Virus record (IMG/VR): IMGVR_UViG_3300042837_000031 | Length of the DNA: 20,865 bases | Strand: one strand, 5' to 3' | Source of the DNA: a virus | In this document: piece after piece, positions 1 through 6,403 of the stretch | Layout of the letters: every line of letters starts with the position of its first letter | How positions within the stretch are numbered: position 1 is the stretch's first letter | Notes under the pieces: model-generated | Told to the model about the DNA's origin: nothing | What the model saw: only the letters and a program-made list of their open reading frames with translations | Databases searched by the model: none | Made by a program: the position numbers and the translations under genes

Positions 1-26
1 GTGTCGGGGTTCGGAACTTTTGGGAA
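1..26. repeat. Terminal direct repeat, left copy (GTGTCGGGGTTCGGAACTTTTGGGAA)
   Basis: Exact 26/26 identity with 20840-20865, read directly from the sequence. Consistent with circular closure or a direct terminal repeat; unique length 20839 bp. Confidence 0.9.
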
Positions 27-37
27 AAAATCGCGGA

Positions 38-145
38 TCAATCGAGACCTAGTGAGACCAGCACAATTGTGATTAACACAAGCGATAGTCCAACAATCAT
101 GATCAACGCATCAGTGGTGTGCTGGTCACGCTTAGCCCTAGCCAT
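38..145 (-). CDS. Tiny single-pass membrane peptide (35 aa, MARAKRDQHTTDALIMIVGLSLVLITIVLVSLGLD); possible moron
   Basis: C-terminal part of ORF 38..286, starting at the internal ATG 145. It has a 22-residue hydrophobic helix. The upstream part of the long ORF has poor third-position GC and overlaps the better 214-360 ORF. No clear RBS, and codon usage is lower-GC than the rest of the genome. Confidence 0.3.
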   Translation of the reverse strand: MARAKRDQHTTDALIMIVGLSLVLITIVLVSLGLD

Positions 146-213
146 CCACGCATGGTAGTGGCCCGCACCCACCACAACGTGGATGCGGGCCACATGCAGG
201 CCAGCCCTGGTGC

Positions 214-360
214 CTACCCCTGTCCGGACAGTACCAGGTGAAGCACTATGGCCAGGGCCACCAGGACCACCAGGCCAGGCGCCCATAGGACCAGCTTGAC
301 TAGCAGGACGAACAGGGTCACGGCCAGCGCTGCCGAGCAGACAGCACCCGCCACCAGCAT
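214..360 (-). CDS. Small two-helix membrane peptide (48 aa, MLVAGAVCSAALAVTLFVLLVKLVLWAPGLVVLVALAIVLHLVLSGQG)
   Basis: C-terminal part of ORF 214..699 from ATG 360, 40 nt after the Ltp-like stop. About 80 percent G/C at codon position 3, like the confirmed genes. Two hydrophobic stretches. No strong RBS. Confidence 0.4.
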   Translation of the reverse strand: MLVAGAVCSAALAVTLFVLLVKLVLWAPGLVVLVALAIVLHLVLSGQG

Positions 361-400
361 GCAGCCAGCGGCGGCGCCAGCGTCAAGCGATCGGCTCAAC

Positions 401-1084
401 TCAGTACACCTGAGCCACGGCGTAATCAGCTTCAGCCTTAGTGAAGCCCTCGCCATATTCGGACGTGAGCTGGCTACGTAGCTCGCGCTTTGAGAAGTGA
501 CCGCTCTCCAGGTAGGACTCAGCGGCCTCGACCGCCTCAGCCTTGTAGTCAGCGTCCACGTGGGCAAGAGCCCACTGAGCGTCTGCCTTGTCGAAGTCCT
601 CGCCGTATTTCGAGGTGAGCTGGTCCAGCAGGCCCTTCTTCGAGAAGTGACCGCTGTCCAGGTAGGACTCAGCGGACTCCAGGGCTTCCTTCTGCGCACG
701 CGTCACCTTGGCCTGAGGCTTAGGCGACACCGGGTCAGCGGGGTCAGTGTGGCCAGACTCAGGCGGGGCTGTGGGCTCGGCTTCCTGCGAGTGATACCCG
801 GTGCCCTGAGTGAACGCGCCTGACTCTTGCTCAACGGGCTGGCTTCCAACCGCGAAGCCAATGGCGCACCCGATCACGAATGTGATGATCAGCGCCAGCC
901 AGCCAAACCGCTTGTCCTTGACGCGCTGAGGCTTTGGCTGGCCTGGCGGGATCATGCCGCCGGGCCCTATGCCCTGGGTGATGGTGTCCGGGCCCTCAAG
1001 GTTCGGATTGTAGGGCTGTGGGTTGGCCGGAGAGCTGGTCATGAACCGCTGGCCGGGGTTGGGGTACTGCTGCGGGGTAGACAC
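401..1084 (-). CDS. ltp: Ltp-family superinfection-exclusion-like membrane protein. Layout: Pro/Gln-rich N-terminus, one TM helix, two tandem Ltp repeats.
   Basis: Two tandem repeats, AESYLDSGHFSKKGLLDQLTSKYGEDFDKADAQWAL and AESYLESGHFSKRELRSQLTSEYGEGFTKAEADYAV, match the Lipoprotein_Ltp signature (SYL..s.FSk.gL..QL....GF....A.yAv). TM helix FGWLALIITFVIGCAIGFAVG. Start chosen at GTG 1084, preceded by GAGAGGGG plus an 8-nt spacer. The ORF extends to GTG 1159, and ATG 1042 is also possible. Confidence 0.85.
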   Translation of the reverse strand: MSTPQQYPNPGQRFMTSSPANPQPYNPNLEGPDTITQGIGPGGMIPPGQPKPQRVKDKRFGWLALIITFVIGCAIGFAVGSQPVEQESGAFTQGTGYHSQEAEPTAPPESGHTDPADPVSPKPQAKVTRAQKEALESAESYLDSGHFSKKGLLDQLTSKYGEDFDKADAQWALAHVDADYKAEAVEAAESYLESGHFSKRELRSQLTSEYGEGFTKAEADYAVAQVY

Positions 1085-1161
1085 GTGATGTGCCCCTCTC
1101 TGGGTTGTGAGCCGAGTGGCTCGGTTTGGGCTGTCTCGCTGTCTCTCTGCCTGCTCCACTG

Positions 1162-1190
1162 CTCCCCTATGACTACGTCATATAGGGGAG
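1162..1190. promoter_or_regulatory. Inverted repeat / hairpin CTCCCCTATGAC-TAC-GTCATATAGGGGAG
   Basis: CTCCCCTAT pairs with ATAGGGGAG and GAC with GTC, giving about a 12-bp stem with a 2-nt bulge and a 3-nt loop. It lies in the leader between the helicase stop and the Ltp-like start. Confidence 0.5.
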
Positions 1191-1193
1191 TGC

Positions 1194-1329
1194 ACAGTGG
1201 ACAGAGCTGGCCGGGCCAGATTCCACAGAGGTGGACAGTGAGGAAACAGTGCTCATCATTGCACTGTTGACTAGGTGTTTCTCTGTATCCTCCGAAAAAG
1301 TTTGAGCTGTATACAGAGGTGGACAGAGG
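1194..1329. repeat. Iteron-like array of ACAG(A/T)G motifs with nested palindromes (candidate origin or operator region)
   Basis: ACAGAGGTGGACAG occurs exactly at 1225-1238 and 1313-1326, with a partial copy ACAGTGGACAGAG at 1194-1206. Inverted repeat AACAGTGC (1245-1252) / GCACTGTT (1261-1268) with an 8-nt spacer. Perfect palindrome CTGTATACAG at 1307-1316. Inverted copy CTCTGTAT at 1281-1288. GC is locally lower than in flanking genes. Confidence 0.6.
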
Positions 1330-1378
1330 CTTACTGCTGGCTCTTGAGTTGATCATGGGTGGTGTACAGACGTTTGCC

Positions 1379-2539
1379 CTAGTCAGCATCGGTTTCGGGC
1401 TCCTCTGTTTCCTCGACCAAATGAAGCGGAGGATACAGAGGAATCTGGGGCGCGGGCGGCTCCTCTGCTGGTCCATCCTCAGGTGGTGGTTCAGGGTTTG
1501 GGTCTGGATCGGGCTCTGGTTCGGGCTCTCGCGGGATGGTCCACTCAGTGCGGGTGCGGGTGCCCCAGGGTGTGTCAATGCGGATCACGAGCTTGCGGCG
1601 ATCGAGCTGGCCCAGGGCCTTCCACAGCCCGCTCCGCTGGTTCTGCTGGATGCCCATCCGCTCACCCAGGGCGCTGACAGACAGCGGGCTGGGATGGTCG
1701 CCCAGGATGTCTAGGCACTCGCGCTGGAGTGTGCTGAGAGGCCCTCCCACGCTGTCCGTGGTGATGCTCTGGAGGACTGCGCTCTCCCGATAGCTGATCA
1801 GGTCCAGCATGATCGGGTCCTGCTCAATCATGTCCTTCTGTTTCTTGGTCTGGATCTTCACCAGCGTGGCCCCTGGGTCCTTCTCGGTGCGTAGCACGGT
1901 GCTGGCGGCGCCCTCCAGGGCAGTGGAGCCCCGGAGATTCTCAGCGCCACGAGCCTCATGGTGGACCACCAGAATGCAGGCCCCGCAGGCCACACGGAGC
2001 CGCTCCAGCGCGTCCACGAACATCCCCATGTCTTTGCTGCTGTTCTCCTCCAGGCCCGCTGTGACGCGCGCCTGGGTGTCTATGACCAGCAGTGAGGGCT
2101 TCGCCTCGAACAGGATACGGCGCATGGCCTCCAGGCCCTCACGCTCGTGGAGCTGGACGCTCTCGGGCAAGATCACCAGCGGCCCGGGCTCCTGGCCTGT
2201 GTGATTGATCCAGGCGTCAATCCGCGGTGCGAGCCCGTAGGCGCCCTCCGCTGCCAGGTACAGGACGCGGCCCTGGGTGACCGGGTTACCCCGCCAGGGC
2301 CTGCCCGAGCTGACACAGCAGGCCAGGTCTACGGCTAGAAAGGACTTCCCGCTGCCTGGCCTGCCCCCGAGCCAGGCCAGGCTGTTGCGTAGCAGAAAGT
2401 TCTCTATGAGCGGTTCTGGTGGCGGGAGACCCCGGAGGGCCTCCACGTTCATCAGCCGCCGTTTCAGTCTCTCAAATAGCGGTCCATGCTCGGGGATCTC
2501 GTCGCCGGGCTGGAGGTCTTCAGGGCCGAGTGTGTCCAT
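1379..2539 (-). CDS. RepA/AAA_25-type (RecA-fold) replicative helicase/ATPase with a C-terminal winged-helix domain and an acidic Pro/Glu-rich tail
   Basis: Walker A GRPGSGKS and Walker B SLLVIDTQ. The VVHHEARGAENLRGSTALEGAAS segment is typical of plasmid RepA / AAA_25 proteins. The C-terminus LSVSALGERMGIQQNQRSGLWKALGQLDRRKLV is wHTH-like. The tail is PEPEPEPDPDPNPEPPPEDGPAEEPP...EETEEPETDAD. Confidence 0.8.
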   Translation of the reverse strand: MDTLGPEDLQPGDEIPEHGPLFERLKRRLMNVEALRGLPPPEPLIENFLLRNSLAWLGGRPGSGKSFLAVDLACCVSSGRPWRGNPVTQGRVLYLAAEGAYGLAPRIDAWINHTGQEPGPLVILPESVQLHEREGLEAMRRILFEAKPSLLVIDTQARVTAGLEENSSKDMGMFVDALERLRVACGACILVVHHEARGAENLRGSTALEGAASTVLRTEKDPGATLVKIQTKKQKDMIEQDPIMLDLISYRESAVLQSITTDSVGGPLSTLQRECLDILGDHPSPLSVSALGERMGIQQNQRSGLWKALGQLDRRKLVIRIDTPWGTRTRTEWTIPREPEPEPDPDPNPEPPPEDGPAEEPPAPQIPLYPPLHLVEETEEPETDAD

Positions 2540-2557
2540 GCGACGGACTCAGGCCCC

Positions 2558-3535
2558 TCAGACTCTTGGGCGGGCACGGGCCGCGCTCTTGATCGTCTGG
2601 GTTATCTCGCGATCGCTGAGCCCGATGGACTTAGCGGCCGCGTGGATCGGTGTGAGGTCCAGGCCCTTCTCGTGCGCCCGGGATGCCGCCCAGAACAGTG
2701 AGTGGTTCCGCTCGCCCTTGCTGGCGGCCGCCACGAACCTAACTAGTCCGTCGAGATCGGCCTGGCCGTCTCCTGGGCGCTTGGCCTGGGGGGCCGGCTC
2801 GGGCCTGGTCCCGTACCGCTCGGGGTCCAGGTAGGCCAGCGCACCATCCCAATCGAACGTAGCGCCGTATCTGTTGCCCAGGGTGAAATCCCACGTGTAC
2901 GGGCCAGCCTCCACGATGCTCGGGGCGCCCACGATGTACCCGCCGCGGCCGCGGAAGTCCAGGCCCGTCCGAGCGCTGGCATGGTTGCCGCCGCCACCCG
3001 GGGCGAAAAGGAGGTGCTTGCCACCCGTCGGAGTGCTCTGGACAGCGAACGCGCCACTGACATAGCCCAGCGCCTTAATCCGTCGCAGAGACTCCGCGCC
3101 TGGTGCCTCGCCCTTGACGTCCACGTCCAGCGCATCGAAGACAGCGCCACACGCGAGCCCGATATTGAAGCCCGGTTGCATGCCCCACCACCCGCGGATG
3201 GTGCCCAGGTCAGTGGTTGCATCCTTTACTCCCTCAGTTGTGGCTGGGACCTTGCTCCGACGCCTCAGCGGGTGCACGGGAATGCCTGCGATCGCGTATG
3301 CCATGGCGGCCTGGCCGAGCTGGAGCTGGTTCGTCTCGCGCAGGCGGGTGATACCCAGGGTGCGCGCCTTGGTCTGGATCTCGTGGTGGCACACCGGGCC
3401 GAACGTCCCGCCTGGACCAGCAGGCTCCTGGCCACACCGTGGGCAGTCTGGGATCTGGTCCTCTGGTCGGTAGTCAGGGTGGGGCTCGGCGGCGGCCATC
3501 GCCTGGATTGTGCTGGCCTCTTGATCTTCGCTCAA
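2558..3535 (-). CDS. Bifunctional DNA primase-polymerase (Prim-Pol, archaeo-eukaryotic primase superfamily)
   Basis: Motifs FDALDVDVK (DxD), TPTGGKHLLF and DFRGRGGYIVGAPS, plus an N-terminal CPRCG...CHH zinc-like motif. Start uncertain. TTG 3535 follows AGAGAGGGC plus a 6-nt spacer. ATG 3499 and GTG 3586 (the ORF maximum) are alternatives. Codons between 3586 and 3536 have low third-position GC, which argues against the longest form. Confidence 0.85.
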   Translation of the reverse strand: MSEDQEASTIQAMAAAEPHPDYRPEDQIPDCPRCGQEPAGPGGTFGPVCHHEIQTKARTLGITRLRETNQLQLGQAAMAYAIAGIPVHPLRRRSKVPATTEGVKDATTDLGTIRGWWGMQPGFNIGLACGAVFDALDVDVKGEAPGAESLRRIKALGYVSGAFAVQSTPTGGKHLLFAPGGGGNHASARTGLDFRGRGGYIVGAPSIVEAGPYTWDFTLGNRYGATFDWDGALAYLDPERYGTRPEPAPQAKRPGDGQADLDGLVRFVAAASKGERNHSLFWAASRAHEKGLDLTPIHAAAKSIGLSDREITQTIKSAARARPRV

Positions 3536-3607
3536 CGGGGTGCCCTCTCTAGTCTGATCAGTTGAAATAGAACGTGTCTTTGCCACGGCTCCAGCCGTAG
3601 GCCAGCG

Positions 3608-3693
3608 GCCCTAATCAGGGACTCGAACCCCCGAAAGTAGATCGCCCACGATGGCCCAACGCGAGGGCCGATTGTCAGTGGCGGGGTGTAGGG
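3608..3693 (-). ncRNA. tRNA-like structured element: T-arm-like GGGGGTTCGAGTCCCTG plus two upstream hairpins. Not a canonical tRNA.
   Basis: The minus strand reads GGCCC-TCGCGTT-GGGCC (3669-3653), ATCG-TGGG-CGAT (3652-3641) and GGGGG-TTCGAGT-CCCTG (3632-3616). CCCTA near 3693 pairs with TAGGG near 3612. No D-arm GG, position 33 of the anticodon-like loop is not U, and spacing is wrong for a cloverleaf. Confidence 0.25.
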
Positions 3694-3703
3694 TGCTCCG
3701 CTT

Positions 3704-4051
3704 TCACTCATCGCGGTAGCCAGCGTCGTACGCGTTGTCTTCCTGGGCGGGGGTAGCATCCACGGGGAGGCTGGGCGACCCCTGGACGAGCTGGTCCAGT
3801 ACCTCTCTCTTGAACCCGTGCACCTCATCCAGCTCGGCGCCGATCTTGACCCTGCCGTCCACGCTCACGTAGATCGGGCCCACCAGGGTGAGGTCCACCT
3901 GCGGAATGTTGGGCCCCGGGACCCGCTGGCCTGCCACGTATTTGGTGTCCGTGGAGTGGTGCACGGTGATGCTGCGCACGTAGTTGGCGATGTCCCGGCC
4001 GTCCACGATGATCTTGGACGCGCCGCTGCTTTTCAGCTCGATAACGATCAT
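3704..4051 (-). CDS. Hypothetical early protein (115 aa)
   Basis: ATG 4051 overlaps the upstream stop as ATGA, indicating translational coupling. High third-position GC. No recognisable motif. Confidence 0.7.
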   Translation of the reverse strand: MIVIELKSSGASKIIVDGRDIANYVRSITVHHSTDTKYVAGQRVPGPNIPQVDLTLVGPIYVSVDGRVKIGAELDEVHGFKREVLDQLVQGSPSLPVDATPAQEDNAYDAGYRDE

Positions 4052-4359
4052 GACTCTTGGGGCTCCTCTGGGTTGGGGTTGGGGCGGAAACGGTACATCC
4101 ACACGCCGTCAGCGAGATAGACGCGGCTCACCGTATGGCCGCCGAACTTGCGTTTGCGGAGGTCCCTGAGCCGGGCCGAGACGTCCGCGTGTGGGAGGTT
4201 GAGCGCCGTGCGGATGTCCTCCAGGGTGCGCCACTCGCCGTCTTCCATCAGCTTGTGGACGCGGACCAGGTGGCTGGCCAGCCGGTCATGATCACGCTCG
4301 GGGTCGTAGCTCTCGCCGTCGAAGTCCGGGACGTCGCCAAATAGCATGTCCATGCTCAT
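4048..4359 (-). CDS. Winged-helix DNA-binding protein
   Basis: WRTLEDIRTALNLPHADVSARLRDLRKRKFGGHTVSRVYLADGVWMYRF matches the common phage wHTH pattern (RLRDLRK..fGGH.V). ATGA overlap with the upstream gene. Confidence 0.7.
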   Translation of the reverse strand: MSMDMLFGDVPDFDGESYDPERDHDRLASHLVRVHKLMEDGEWRTLEDIRTALNLPHADVSARLRDLRKRKFGGHTVSRVYLADGVWMYRFRPNPNPEEPQES

Positions 4360-4739
4360 CGTGGCCCCCGAAGTTCTGTCAGACGCATCCTTAGCGTCTC
4401 GGTTTGCCGGGCGCCCAGCTCCGCGAGGAATGCCGCGTCCTGGTAGGCCTGGAGCAAGGCCAGCAGCTCCTCCGCGATCGCCTCGATGTGGTTCAGCACC
4501 CAGGCGTCTAGCTCAACCTGAGTGATCAGCTCAAGAGGGACGCGCTTGGCCTCTCCCAGGAGGATGGTGACCTTTCGGAGGTGTGAATAGAGCACCGTGG
4601 CGGGGATCGCTATGCTGGCCCCACTGCCCACGGTGCTTGGCTCTCTGGTCTCGCTGATTACAGAGCCCGCCGTGGGCCCTTCTGTGCCCGGGAGCATCGC
4701 GCATCCCATGGCGTGGCAACTGTGCTGTGAATGGTCCAC
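4356..4739 (-). CDS. Hypothetical early protein with a Cys/His-rich N-terminus and a helical C-terminus
   Basis: GTG 4739 is preceded by GGAGAGGAG plus a 6-nt spacer. It is the first gene after the 150-nt spacer that follows the lysin gene. Confidence 0.7.
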   Translation of the reverse strand: MDHSQHSCHAMGCAMLPGTEGPTAGSVISETREPSTVGSGASIAIPATVLYSHLRKVTILLGEAKRVPLELITQVELDAWVLNHIEAIAEELLALLQAYQDAAFLAELGARQTETLRMRLTELRGPR

Positions 4740-4761
4740 TGACCACTCCTCTCCGTGTCTG

Positions 4762-4795
4762 CCCTGCTCGATCGAGCGGGGTCCCTGGCGGGGTC
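4762..4795. promoter_or_regulatory. Near-perfect 20-bp palindrome CCCTGCTCGATCGAGCGGGG overlapping two GCGGGGTC direct repeats (candidate operator or leader structure)
   Basis: In the palindrome at 4762-4781, 9 of 10 positions are complementary. GCGGGGTC occurs at 4776-4783 and 4788-4795. The element lies between the putative promoter and the RBS of gene 4739. Confidence 0.4.
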
Positions 4796-4868
4796 AGGGT
4801 ATGGCAAACACGCTGAGTCGTGGTCAGCTTCAGTGAACTATGTGGGGTCCTGATCTCGCTGTGGGCAC

Positions 4869-4898
4869 ATTATCAAAGCCCAGCGATCGCTAGGTCAC
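4869..4898 (-). promoter_or_regulatory. Putative sigma70-like promoter for the early/replication gene block
   Basis: The minus strand has GTGACC (4898-4893), an 18-nt spacer, then GATAAT (4874-4869), with TG just upstream. Pattern match only. Confidence 0.3.
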
Positions 4899-6080
4899 TG
4901 ACGGCGTGTCGGGCTTCGGTGTGTCGATCTTGAACGACGCGCGCACCAGGTTGTGATCGCTGGCGTGGGGCTCGTACTCAGGCGTTCCGGTGATCACCAG
5001 AGTGCCCGCGTACGGAGTCACGGCGGGGCTCGTCAGGACGTCGTCTATCCAGATCCCCTCGCGGCCGGTGACACCCCAGCCGTTGCGGCTGTTGCGGCTG
5101 TCTCCGTCCATTTGGTTATCCGTGAGCCGGTCCCTGAGGTGGCGGTAACCAGCAGCGCCCAGGATCTTCCGGACACCAGCGTTGAATAGCTGGTCCTTCT
5201 GGGCGTCGTTCAGGTCACCGAAGATCACCACGCGCTCATGCTCGGGCAGCGTGGCCAGGTGGGCCACGATCTCCACGGCCTGGGCCTCGCGCAGCTTGGC
5301 TTCACCGGGCATATTGACGGCCAGGTGAGTGGCGACCGCCCAGAAGTCAGCGCCCGTGGCGATCGACTGGAGACGGACGCACGTCAGCGGCCGCGTGGAC
5401 GGGAAGCCGGGCAGCGCGGTGCTCTTGAGCTTGAACTCCTGGTGATCAATTGCCACCCACTTGTCAGCCCTCCATATGATCTTGGCCGTGCCCGAGCCCC
5501 AGAAATTCCAGTTAGGCCCGAGCCCATGCGTCAGCTCAGTAGCGCGGGCGTCGTTACACTCCTGGACCCCGAGCACGCTGGGCGCCACGTCGCGGATTAC
5601 CCGCACGAGCTGAGGGAGCCGAGCGGACCAGGCCCTGGGGCCCACGTCAAGGGGTGTCTTGTGGCGGATGTTGAACGATGCTGACCTGACTGAGGTGGAG
5701 GTGTCCACGGCGCCCGGTGCCTCTCTTCCGTAGCTGATGTGAATGTGCCCGGTGTGAGGGTCGGAGCCGGTGTATTCGCGGACGCCCTCAGCGGCCCGAG
5801 CGACTGACCAGATGCGCCGTCTGGTGATTATGTAGGTGGCGCCCAGGCGCTTGGCGTTGATCTTGAACCAGGCCAGGACTTGATCATGGTGAGCGGCGCT
5901 GTTGTCGTACAGCCAGAAGTCTGCCGCGTACCCGCCAGAGGGGACAGTGTCTTTCCCCGGGTCGCTGTGAGCGTGGTGAGGGTACGTGCCTATCTGGGTG
6001 TTGAATCGGTGCGCGATCTCCTCATTCGACTTGACCACCCAGCCCGGCCAGGGTCGGTAATTGTCGATGTACAGCCCCAT
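4890..6080 (-). CDS. Two-domain lysis enzyme: N-terminal LAS/M15-like zinc peptidase fused to a C-terminal endonuclease/exonuclease/phosphatase (EEP) domain
   Basis: N-terminal motifs: HHAHSD, GGYAADFW (GxAxD), and YIITRRRIWS...GSDPHTGHIHISYG (the Y.IW..rIW...H.dH.HvS pattern of cell-wall peptidases). C-terminal EEP motifs: LGVQECND, VIFGDLND, WIDDVL and HASDHNLV. It sits 2 nt after the holin-like stop; ATG 6080 is preferred over TTG 6086. Confidence 0.8.
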   Translation of the reverse strand: MGLYIDNYRPWPGWVVKSNEEIAHRFNTQIGTYPHHAHSDPGKDTVPSGGYAADFWLYDNSAAHHDQVLAWFKINAKRLGATYIITRRRIWSVARAAEGVREYTGSDPHTGHIHISYGREAPGAVDTSTSVRSASFNIRHKTPLDVGPRAWSARLPQLVRVIRDVAPSVLGVQECNDARATELTHGLGPNWNFWGSGTAKIIWRADKWVAIDHQEFKLKSTALPGFPSTRPLTCVRLQSIATGADFWAVATHLAVNMPGEAKLREAQAVEIVAHLATLPEHERVVIFGDLNDAQKDQLFNAGVRKILGAAGYRHLRDRLTDNQMDGDSRNSRNGWGVTGREGIWIDDVLTSPAVTPYAGTLVITGTPEYEPHASDHNLVRASFKIDTPKPDTPSVT

Positions 6081-6082
6081 GA

Positions 6083-6403
6083 TCAATAGCCCTTCTGTTT
6101 CGTCTGTTCGGCCAGGACCCTAGTGACGATCGACGCGATGCGCTCGTCCAACTGGCCATTGGTTTGGGTCTCCACGCGCTCAGTCACTTTCGCGGTGTCG
6201 CCCACGCGTGACCTGATCGACAGCCAGCCAGCAGCGATAGCCGCAAAGTTCGTTATCCACGCATAGTCGATCATCGCGCCAGGCTCGTGGGGTGCCCACT
6301 GCATGGCCGCACGGACGATCACGGCGATGCCGAATATCCACAGGCCCGCTTTGTCAGCGCCCGTGATCTTGAACTGGTCCCGCATATCGTTACTCACTAC
6401 CAT
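6083..6403 (-). CDS. Holin-like two-TM membrane protein
   Basis: TM helices GLWIFGIAVIVRAAMQW and AWITNFAAIAAGWLSI, followed by a charged C-terminal tail. Immediately upstream of the lysin. ATG 6403 is chosen and overlaps the HNH stop; ATG 6385 is possible. Confidence 0.65.
   Translation of the reverse strand: MVVSNDMRDQFKITGADKAGLWIFGIAVIVRAAMQWAPHEPGAMIDYAWITNFAAIAAGWLSIRSRVGDTAKVTERVETQTNGQLDERIASIVTRVLAEQTKQKGY

Noticed and set aside
38-286. Full-length 82-aa version of the terminal small ORF
   Set aside because: The N-terminal 47 codons are Gly/Pro-rich with T-biased third positions. They also overlap the better-scoring 214-360 ORF. Only the C-terminal TM part from ATG 145 is retained, at low confidence.
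1039-1578. Minus-strand 179-aa ORF bridging the helicase C-terminus, the repeat-rich spacer and the Ltp-like N-terminus
   Set aside because: It overlaps two well-supported genes out of frame. Its composition is junk-like, and no RBS precedes it. The spacer is better explained as non-coding repeats.
3608-3693. Canonical tRNA gene on the minus strand, suggested by GGTTCGAGTCC
   Set aside because: A cloverleaf cannot be built. There is no D-arm with a GG loop. The anticodon-like loop TCGCGTT has C at position 33 and a pyrimidine at 37. Eight nt lie between the variable-like hairpin and the T-arm. The T-stem has a G-G mismatch, only 5 acceptor pairs form, and there is no CCA. Kept only as a tRNA-like element.
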